Origin: an uncultured archaeon
GTDB lineage: Archaea; Asgardarchaeota; Lokiarchaeia; Sigyniarchaeales; Promethearchaeaceae
Direction of reading: 5' to 3'
Length of the DNA stretch: 7,608 nucleotides
NCBI GenBank assembly: GCA_964426185.1
Contig: CAYRPF010000007.1
Coordinates: forward strand, 40,807-48,414
Shown piece after piece: positions 1-6,586 of this stretch (within the stretch, counting starts at the first letter, position 1; the number at the start of each line of letters is the position of its first letter). The translations under genes were made by a program, and so were the position numbers. Below the pieces are notes generated by a model, which was not told the DNA's origin, searched no databases, and worked only from the letters and a program-made list of their open reading frames with translations.

Positions 1-2
1 TC

Positions 3-179
3 CTCCCAAGTTCCTGAAACAAATTGCAATTTCCAATTTTCTTGCTCCGCAATATATTTTAACAAATCGGGAAAAATCTCAACCCATTCGCTTTGATCAT
101 TAGAAAAAACTTTAACCAGAGTTTTTATTTTTATGTCAGTATTTTTTATAATGTTCGTAAAAAGATTTACTTTTATTAA
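3..179 (-). pseudogene. Start-less fragment resembling a type-2 periplasmic/extracellular solute-binding (SBP_bac_3-like) sensor domain; continues beyond the left edge
   Basis: Manual translation: the minus frame is open from 179 to the edge, LIKVNLFTNIIKNTDIKIKTLVKVFSNDQSEWVEIFPDLLKYIAEQENWKLQFVSGTWE. The segment KVF..D..E...IFPDLL.YIA..E.W....V.GTW resembles, from memory, the 'PKxFxdexG..xGIFxDLLxxIAxxegWxlxxVxgtW' pattern of PBP2 domains. There is an in-frame TAA at 180-182 and no ATG/GTG in frame. Confidence 0.45.
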
Positions 180-188
180 TTAAAATTG

Positions 189-196
189 AAAAAAAA
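189..196 (-). terminator. Candidate oligo-T (archaeal-type) terminator of the 433-aa gene
   Basis: A8 on the plus strand (T8 on minus), about 20 nt downstream of the stop at 215-217, within a T-rich tract. Confidence 0.35.
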
Positions 197-214
197 TGAT
201 TTGAACAAAATAAA

Positions 215-1516
215 TTAATTATCTCCAAAAATTCGCTTCAATCCACCAGGAATATTAGCGTTTCCGGGTGAATTAAATAAAGCATACGGATTTTTCCCAC
301 AAGAAGTGCATTTTTCTCCGATTATGAGGAAAAACTCGAAATTATCATGAAGAGTAGAACGACATTCTTTCATTGATTTTAAGTGCACCTTATGACCGCA
401 CTCACAATGGATTCCATCAAATTTATCAAAATTCGGGATAATTAAACTTGGATTTTCCACATGGGAAAAATCTGAAACATTTAATAACCCTTCAGGCAAA
501 CGATATTCACTTTTTGGGGGGATTAATTGTTGAAATTCGACCAATTGTCCGTCGTCATTAAATTTAGCATTTTGAATAAAAATAAATAAATCATTTTCTT
601 CATCTTCTTGAATTCCACTGGATCCATAATTATGAACTACTTGTGGTCCCATTCCATCTGGGTATTGAAATTGATAAACTGATCGTAGTGGAGATCCTCG
701 GGTACCGCCTTGATTTCGCATAAATTGAACGTTTGAATAGCCTTTTGAGAATAAAATAAATTGAATCTTTTCTAAAGAAACATTATTAGTTAATAAACGA
801 TCTCGGACATCATCAATCACATCTTGAATGAAAATCTTTACTTCTTGGATATTCTCATACTGAGATTCCACTACTTTAGCTTCATGTGCGGCTCTAAATT
901 TCTCAAAACGCTTTGTTAACAAGGTCCTCATTAATTGGGGACCCAAGCACATAAGCAAAAATATGGGAATCAACCAATTTCTGCTTCCTTCTTGTCCAAA
1001 AGCAAATAGTATTATAAAATAGGCAATCATGGAGGTTACCATAATGATTATACTAAATTGCTGAATTTGCTTGTTGATATGAGATTTAACACCATTTTGG
1101 CGAGCAGTTTCTTCAGCTGCACCAATAATATCATGAACTTTTTCATCTACTTTCATTCGTTGATATTCCTCACGAATAAAGAGTCGCCCGCCATCTGCAG
1201 TTTCAGGTACAGGTTCAGTCTCTTCGCCAATAAGTGGAATGATAAGTTCTTTCTTGTATTTTTCCATCAATTTGGGTTGAAAAATTAGATCCATTGGGTA
1301 ATTGATAGCATAATCGTAAACTTTGATAATACCTAATTCTTTTTCTAAGATCTCTTGAAATTGAAGGTTCGTAGGATCTTTCGGAGGTTCTTCTGAAGAT
1401 TTTAGTTGATCTTCTTTCTTTTTCTTAAATAGCCTAAATTTGGACTTTTTCTTGTCTGATTCTGAATAATCAGAATTTTCATTATTAATTGGATTTTCCA
1501 TTATACTAATTTCCAC
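215..1516 (-). CDS. Hypothetical membrane protein: charged N-terminus, two predicted TM helices, C-terminal zinc-ribbon-like Cys4 motif
   Basis: 433-codon ORF in AT-rich DNA. GTG start at 1516 preceded by AAGGAT, with an alternative ATG at 1501. Hydrophobic segments at about aa 154-173 and 181-200. CECG (C371/C373) and CTSCG (C403/C406). No family recognised. Confidence 0.85.
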   Translation of the reverse strand: MEISIMENPINNENSDYSESDKKKSKFRLFKKKKEDQLKSSEEPPKDPTNLQFQEILEKELGIIKVYDYAINYPMDLIFQPKLMEKYKKELIIPLIGEETEPVPETADGGRLFIREEYQRMKVDEKVHDIIGAAEETARQNGVKSHINKQIQQFSIIIMVTSMIAYFIILFAFGQEGSRNWLIPIFLLMCLGPQLMRTLLTKRFEKFRAAHEAKVVESQYENIQEVKIFIQDVIDDVRDRLLTNNVSLEKIQFILFSKGYSNVQFMRNQGGTRGSPLRSVYQFQYPDGMGPQVVHNYGSSGIQEDEENDLFIFIQNAKFNDDGQLVEFQQLIPPKSEYRLPEGLLNVSDFSHVENPSLIIPNFDKFDGIHCECGHKVHLKSMKECRSTLHDNFEFFLIIGEKCTSCGKNPYALFNSPGNANIPGGLKRIFGDN

Positions 1517-1618
1517 ATCCTTATGTATACCATAATTATTGAGAAAATAAAAGCGGAATTCTATTAGAAATTTTGGAATAAACTTTTTGAAGAAATAAAA
1601 ATTATCTCAACCATTCTT

Positions 1619-1624
1619 GGAGGA
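1619..1624 (+). promoter_or_regulatory. Shine-Dalgarno sequence for the ferredoxin-like gene
   Basis: GGAGGA 9 nt upstream of ATG 1634. Confidence 0.7.
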
Positions 1625-1633
1625 TTTTGAACA

Positions 1634-2026
1634 ATGCGCGTTTTAGCAAAAATCGAAGAAAACTGCGTTGCATGCCATTCATGTGAAGAAGCTTGCAGCA
1701 ATCTGTATTTTAAAGAAAAAAACCCATTGAAGGCGGCTTTACGAATTATTGAAGCACAAAATGATACCGATCCTCACCACATCGTCACATGCACACAATG
1801 TGGTCAATGCATCAATGCATGTCCAACTCTTGCTATCTCGCAAGCTAAAAATGGTGTGGTGCGCATTAACAAAAAAATGTGTGTTGGTTGCCTTATCTGC
1901 GTGTCTGTTTGCCCTGAAAATGCTATGTTTTTTCACGACGATGAGCAAGAACCGTTTAAATGTGTCGCATGCGGAGTCTGCGTAAAAAATTGCCCAACAG
2001 AGGCTTTATATATTAAAACCGACTAA
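1634..2026 (+). CDS. 4x[4Fe-4S] ferredoxin-like protein, probable small electron-transfer subunit of the downstream oxidoreductase
   Basis: Four CxxCxxCxxxC motifs: CVACHSCEEAC, CTQCGQCINACP, CVGCLICVSVCP, CVACGVCVKNCP (16 Cys). Good SD. Only 15 nt separate it from the AOR gene. Confidence 0.95.
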   Translation: MRVLAKIEENCVACHSCEEACSNLYFKEKNPLKAALRIIEAQNDTDPHHIVTCTQCGQCINACPTLAISQAKNGVVRINKKMCVGCLICVSVCPENAMFFHDDEQEPFKCVACGVCVKNCPTEALYIKTD

Positions 2027-2029
2027 CTT

Positions 2030-2035
2030 GAGGTG
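2030..2035 (+). promoter_or_regulatory. Shine-Dalgarno sequence for the AOR gene
   Basis: GAGGTG 6 nt upstream of ATG 2042. Confidence 0.65.
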
Positions 2036-2041
2036 TAAAAG

Positions 2042-4213
2042 ATGGAAAACGAAACAATTCAAAAATTAAAAGAAGCTCGCACTCTGTTAGCAGAATGGAC
2101 TTATGAGCTGCAGACCATCAACAGAGGCTATTGTAATCGAACTTTGTATATTAATATTTCTGATAATCAGATTGAGTCTAAGCCAGTCACTCCCGAAATG
2201 AAAGAAAAATTTGTGGGAGGTAGGGGTTTTGGATTATATTTATTGTGGAACGCGGTGAAATCTACAACTAAATGGAACGATCCCGAAAATGAAATAGTGA
2301 TTGGAACCGGGCCTATTTGTGGAATAACTCAATACCCTGGTTCGGGAAAATCATTGTTAGTATCAATTTCTCCTTTAACAGATATTGTGATTGATAGTAA
2401 TGTGGGAGGATATTTTGGGCCTTATTTGAAATTTTCTGGCTGGGATGCACTGGAAATTCAGGGAAAAGCAGCAAATGATATCATAATTTTCATTGATGGA
2501 ACAACTGGAAAGGTTCGAATTGAACAAGCTCCCTTGGAACCAATAGATACTCATCTTTTGGCAGAGCAATTAACCGAGATGTATGCAGACGATGAAAAAG
2601 ATAAAAGGAATATTTCTGTGGTATCCACCGGTCGAGCTGCTAATCATGTTCGTATGGGTATGTTGAATTTCTCATTCTATGACCCACGTCGAAAGAAAAC
2701 AAGAGTTAAACAAGCTGGTCGCGGAGGAATTGGGCGGGTTTTCCGAGATAAAAAGATTAAAGCTATTGTGATTAAGAATAAAGAAACTAAGGGAAATTTA
2801 AATAATCCCGCTAATAAAACGTTGATCAATAAGGCTGGTTTGCGTTTACACCGTGAAATTCAGCAATTAGATAATAAGCAGAATCGAATGCGTCAAGTTG
2901 GCACCGCAAATATCATTGAAATTATGGATCAATATGATTTACTTCCCACTCATAATTTTAAATTTGGAGGTCATCCAGATGCCAAAAAAATCTATTCTAA
3001 TGTATTTAGAGATAATTATCTCACCCAAGGATTACCCGATGGATGCTGGTATGGCTGTTCAATGGCATGTTCGAAAGCTGCGGATAATTTTGAATTAAAG
3101 ACAGGTCCTTACGCGGGACAAAAGGTGACTGTGGATGGTCCAGAATATGAAAATGCCGCTGGATTAGGTGCTAATCTGGGATGTTTTGACCCTCAATTTG
3201 TCTTAGAAGCGAATTTTTATTGTGACACCTACGGAATTGATATTATCTCTTTTGCCACCTCTACAGCGTTCGCTATGGAATGTTATGAGAAAGGAATCTT
3301 GAACTCGGAAATTACAGGTGGTATTGAGTTGAAATTCGGAAACTCTGCTGCTGTCTTACAAATATTACATCAAATGGCTCGTGGTGAAGGATTTGGTGTA
3401 ATCATAGGACAAGGTATTCATCGGATGAAAAAGATTTTTATAGAAAAGTACGGAGCCGATCACAATTTTGTGAATGACATCGGTATGGAGCAAAAAGGTT
3501 TGGAATACTCAGAATATCAAAGCAAGGAATCACTTGCTCAGCAGGGAGGCTATGGGTTTACCAATAAAGGTCCGCAGCATGATGAGGCTTGGTTAATTTT
3601 TATGGATCAGGTCAACAACCAAATCCCTACTTTCGAAGATAAGGCAGAAGCTCTCCATTATTTTCCAATGTTCCGAACTTGGTTCGGCTTAATGGGGTTA
3701 TGTAAATTGCCGTGGAACGATATTACGCCCGCCAGCAATAAAAATTATCCTCCATCTGAAGCAGCGAAAGTGCCCGAACACGTGGAGAACTACTGCTGGG
3801 TATATGAAGGAGTTACGGGTGAGAAGTTAACTCCCGAAAAACTCATTCTACAGAGCGAAAGGGTCTACAATTTCCAAAAAATCTTCAATATTCGATTAGG
3901 TAAGGGTTTACGTGAACATGATGCGGTTCCTTACCGGGCAATGGGTCCAGTCACCGAAGAGGAGTATCTTTCCCGCGAAGAGCGGTATGATAAGCAAATG
4001 AAAGAATTAATAGGCGTGGATCCAACAGGTAAAACTGTTGTCGAGAAGATTGCAATCACCCGCAAATATCGAATGGAGCAATATGAGAAATTAATGGATG
4101 CAGTTTATCAACGCCGTGGTTGGAATAAGAATGGAGTACCCACTATTGAACATTTGAAGAAAATTGGAATGGATTTACCCGAATTGATTAAAGTGGTAAA
4201 ACCCTTACAGTAA
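2042..4213 (+). CDS. aor: Aldehyde:ferredoxin oxidoreductase family protein (tungstopterin WOR large subunit)
   Basis: Family hallmarks: R.LYINIS, FVGGRGFG, SPLT..VIDSNVGG.FG..LK..GWDAL.I.GKA, AGRGG.G.V...KK.KAI, Fe-S Cys cluster C335/C339/C343 plus C554, GPEYE (E368-E370), CD.YG.D, ERVYN...FN.R.G, and C-terminal Y..RGW..NGVPT.E.L. Substrate specificity cannot be determined from sequence. Confidence 0.95.
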   Translation: MENETIQKLKEARTLLAEWTYELQTINRGYCNRTLYINISDNQIESKPVTPEMKEKFVGGRGFGLYLLWNAVKSTTKWNDPENEIVIGTGPICGITQYPGSGKSLLVSISPLTDIVIDSNVGGYFGPYLKFSGWDALEIQGKAANDIIIFIDGTTGKVRIEQAPLEPIDTHLLAEQLTEMYADDEKDKRNISVVSTGRAANHVRMGMLNFSFYDPRRKKTRVKQAGRGGIGRVFRDKKIKAIVIKNKETKGNLNNPANKTLINKAGLRLHREIQQLDNKQNRMRQVGTANIIEIMDQYDLLPTHNFKFGGHPDAKKIYSNVFRDNYLTQGLPDGCWYGCSMACSKAADNFELKTGPYAGQKVTVDGPEYENAAGLGANLGCFDPQFVLEANFYCDTYGIDIISFATSTAFAMECYEKGILNSEITGGIELKFGNSAAVLQILHQMARGEGFGVIIGQGIHRMKKIFIEKYGADHNFVNDIGMEQKGLEYSEYQSKESLAQQGGYGFTNKGPQHDEAWLIFMDQVNNQIPTFEDKAEALHYFPMFRTWFGLMGLCKLPWNDITPASNKNYPPSEAAKVPEHVENYCWVYEGVTGEKLTPEKLILQSERVYNFQKIFNIRLGKGLREHDAVPYRAMGPVTEEEYLSREERYDKQMKELIGVDPTGKTVVEKIAITRKYRMEQYEKLMDAVYQRRGWNKNGVPTIEHLKKIGMDLPELIKVVKPLQ

Positions 4214-4216
4214 AAA

Positions 4217-4240
4217 TTTTTTTACTCATTTATTTTTACT
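4217..4240 (+). terminator. Candidate oligo-T terminator after the AOR gene
   Basis: T7 at 4217-4223 followed by further T tracts (TTTATTTTT), immediately after TAA 4211-4213. Confidence 0.4.
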
Positions 4241-4247
4241 CTTTAAT

Positions 4248-4263
4248 CTGAATTTAAATTCAG
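4248..4263. promoter_or_regulatory. Perfect 16-bp palindrome, candidate operator
   Basis: CTGAATTTAAATTCAG equals its own reverse complement. Intergenic, 55 nt upstream of ATG 4319. A 14/16 near-copy lies at 5985-6000. Confidence 0.45.
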
Positions 4264-4318
4264 CGAATTTTGGATATTATTTTCAATTTTGAATTCTTTA
4301 TTTACTTGAGAATAAAAA

Positions 4319-4516
4319 ATGATTCGAGTGAATAATAGAGATTTTGAATGGTTTGAAGGTCTCACTGTTAAAAAACTCTTAGAATTAAAAACTTATACCT
4401 TTCCAGAAATCGTTGTTAAAATTAATGGTGAATATATTCCTCCTGAAAAATATACAGCTACTATCATAAAGGATGGAGATGAAGTGTTAGCCCTCCATAT
4501 GTTCGGGGGTGGATAA
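4319..4516 (+). CDS. thiS: ThiS/MoaD-family ubiquitin-fold sulfur carrier protein
   Basis: 65 aa with MI.VN, TV..LL, VVKING..IP...Y....I.DGD.V and a C-terminal GGG. Sequence is ThiS-like, while the context suggests a MoaD-type role. Confidence 0.88.
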   Translation: MIRVNNRDFEWFEGLTVKKLLELKTYTFPEIVVKINGEYIPPEKYTATIIKDGDEVLALHMFGGG

Positions 4517-4583
4517 AATCCTAATGATTATTTTTTCTTGATCAAACTTGATCACATTTAAATTAGCTGCGGTTTCAGTCTTT

Positions 4584-5651
4584 TTACATTGAATCCAGAA
4601 TTTTCTTAGTGATATCGTAAAACGTGAAATCCTTAATAACCTTCATCTGGTTGAATACGTATTTCCTGGGAGATGGAGTATAGTTAATTATTTTTTTTTC
4701 TTTTAAATATGTTAACTTTTTTACTTTATCTTCTTTGTAGTCTGCATACTCTGGGTATGTGCTGATAATAACTGCATTAAACTTTCGGTGAGCGCAGAAT
4801 AAGGTAGAATGTGAGTTTAATTCTTTGATTATGGCATCATTTATTTTAGTGGTGGGAGTGAACTTCAGGTGATAAAAAACCAACAGTTTGAAACCGATCT
4901 TATTCAAATTAGGTATGGCTTTAATTCGTAAAACATCTTGTTCCAAGAATTTTTTCTTAATTCGAGCAACTGTATGTCGAGATAGCTCGACTTCATCCCC
5001 AATTTGTTGCATGGTCGCTTTGGGATTAGCTATTAAAGCAATTAAAACCCGTTTTTCTTTATCATTTAATCTAATGGGTTCATTATTATTAAAGCATGGC
5101 TTAGTTGTTGGTGGTGGCATCATAATTCCAAAAAGCGATTGAGAAAAATGATCATATAATAATCGTGAGTAATCGAAAAATTCATCGATTGTACTTATCG
5201 AAAATGGAAAAATCACCTCGTGAGGAAATTCTTTTTCTAATAAACCTTTTTCCCCGAAAGTTTCAGTTCTGGTTTCGTTAATTGCACAAAAATCGCTGTA
5301 ATTTCTAGTAAAACTTAATGAAAAGCCCATTTCTGGGGCACCAACCGAATAGAAAATTTCTTGGGCAATTTCGATTTTTTCTTTAGTTATTTCAACACGA
5401 TCTTCAAAATTTATAGTCGGATTAAACGAGGTAAAAATAATTCCCAGCATTTCTACTCCCAATCGGTTAAGTTGGGGGATGTAATGAATAGAATAATAAT
5501 TATTTTGTTCCAATCGTTTCTTTATAGATGTCAGAGTAGAATCTTTCATTTTCAGTAAAGAAGCCAGTTCTTTATCAGTTTTTTCGGGATGGCAAACTAT
5601 TCCATATAAAACTCGTTCTTCGTTCGACGTTAAAATTTTGGAATCCATCAT
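4584..5651 (-). CDS. Tandem-duplicated Lrp/AsnC-like winged-HTH transcriptional regulator
   Basis: Two aligned modules: aa ~6-78 (ILTSNEERVL...P..T.KELA..L....STL..IKKRLE........IP.LN.LG) and aa ~194-266 (RLNDKEKRVL...NP..T...IG....LSR.TV.RIKKKF........IPNLNKIG). Each is followed by a roughly 90-aa putative RAM-like domain, and the modules are joined by a Pro-rich linker. Confidence 0.85.
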   Translation of the reverse strand: MMDSKILTSNEERVLYGIVCHPEKTDKELASLLKMKDSTLTSIKKRLEQNNYYSIHYIPQLNRLGVEMLGIIFTSFNPTINFEDRVEITKEKIEIAQEIFYSVGAPEMGFSLSFTRNYSDFCAINETRTETFGEKGLLEKEFPHEVIFPFSISTIDEFFDYSRLLYDHFSQSLFGIMMPPPTTKPCFNNNEPIRLNDKEKRVLIALIANPKATMQQIGDEVELSRHTVARIKKKFLEQDVLRIKAIPNLNKIGFKLLVFYHLKFTPTTKINDAIIKELNSHSTLFCAHRKFNAVIISTYPEYADYKEDKVKKLTYLKEKKIINYTPSPRKYVFNQMKVIKDFTFYDITKKILDSM

Positions 5652-5730
5652 AACATAATCTCAACCATGTAATACTGAATTTTCCAATTTCCAATTTGAC
5701 TAAAAATTACTTACATGAAAATAGATTCAT

Positions 5731-5743
5731 ACTTAAAGTTTCC
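5731..5743 (-). promoter_or_regulatory. Candidate archaeal BRE-TATA promoter for the Lrp-like gene
   Basis: Minus strand reads GGAAA-CTTTAAGT, a purine-rich BRE directly followed by a TTTAAG box, 80 nt upstream of ATG 5651. Confidence 0.4.
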
Positions 5744-5939
5744 TTAATTGGGTAAAAATTTGTATATAGATTGACCATTATTATAGAATTTGCATCGTCA
5801 ATTTATGTTTTTGCTGGTTTACATAACGATGAAGCACTAGTGGAATAGGTTAATATTTTTGATACTATACGTTCAGCAATATGAAAAAGAGGATTCTGCA
5901 TGATTAAGGAATGAATTAATATATGAAAATGTTGGGATG

Positions 5940-5968
5940 GGTAAGAAAATATGATTTAGGTAAGAAAA
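5940..5968 (+). repeat. Short direct repeat GGTAAGAAAA x2
   Basis: Exact copies at 5940-5949 and 5959-5968. Confidence 0.5.
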
Positions 5969-6484
5969 GCATTGCAAAAATGGGCTAAATTTAAATTAAG
6001 GGCGGAATCTTTAAATAGTTGTGTTGATCTTAAGAATTTGGAGAAATCTTCATATTTCGATCATACTATTGCACTATTTAGGTTTATAACTTTTAATTCT
6101 CTTAAACTTAGAACTTAAAACAAACAAAACGCAAATCTGAATCCATGATCGCATATTTCGGGCTAAAGTCGTGTGAAAACAAGTTTGAAGGCAAGGTAGA
6201 ATATAATAATACTTCTCCCGTCCCATAACAACCACAACTTTTTTTTGACAGTTCTCCGGAACTTTTTTTCTTTTCATTTTTCATTTTTTACCAAATTATC
6301 TATAATATTGACTTTTCTGAAGATATAACATCCCGTTTAAAACTTTCTTATAGCGAGTTTAGGCTTTTTTCGTAATTTGTCGAGAGGCATGCTAACGGCT
6401 TAACGTAGTAATACTAACCAACTATGAGAAAAGTAGAAAAAAAAGTTATGTGTATTAATTACGGAAAAGCATTTTAGTGGGCAC

Positions 6485-6500
6485 TTGATTTTCTAATCAA
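6485..6500. promoter_or_regulatory. Inverted repeat TTGATT-N4-AATCAA, candidate regulator site upstream of the acylase gene
   Basis: Perfect 6-bp arms, ending 86 nt upstream of ATG 6587. Confidence 0.3.
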
Positions 6501-6586
6501 AAGAATTAGGTTAAAATATTGTCGGGATAAATAATTATAGAATTCATTTTAAATTAAAATCAATACAAATTAAAAGTATCAGGAAA

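Noticed and set aside
1058-1288. 76-aa plus-strand ORF
   Set aside because: Antisense shadow inside the 433-aa CDS, with a TTG start and no motifs.
1739-1985. 69-aa minus and 78-aa plus ORFs
   Set aside because: They overlap the well-supported ferredoxin gene in other frames.
2375-3098. 64-aa minus and 66-aa plus ORFs
   Set aside because: Nested within the AOR gene, with no independent evidence.
4537-4554. CTTGATCA x2 between convergent genes
   Set aside because: 8-bp repeat in a terminator zone; too short to distinguish from chance.
4691-4699. T9 tract in the regulator gene as a phase-variation or frameshift site
   Set aside because: The frame is intact, it encodes a Lys-rich stretch, and such tracts are common in AT-rich DNA.
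4888-5558. 84-aa and 65-aa plus ORFs
   Set aside because: Antisense shadows of the Lrp-like gene.
5793-5831. Hairpin considered as a SECIS element or riboswitch
   Set aside because: Lacks the AUGA/GA kink-turn core, no gene here has an in-frame TGA, and no known riboswitch consensus was recognised.
6074-6277. 67-aa minus ORF, considered as a small protein or transposase remnant
   Set aside because: No recognisable motif, DDE residues, terminal inverted repeats or SD, and it is built partly from homopolymer tracts. It cannot be excluded but is unsupported.
5923-6477. Tiny ORFs (MKMLGWVRKYDLGKKSIAKMG; MPLDKLRKKPKLAIRKF; MRKVEKKVMCINYGKAF)
   Set aside because: Lengths expected by chance, with no supporting signals.
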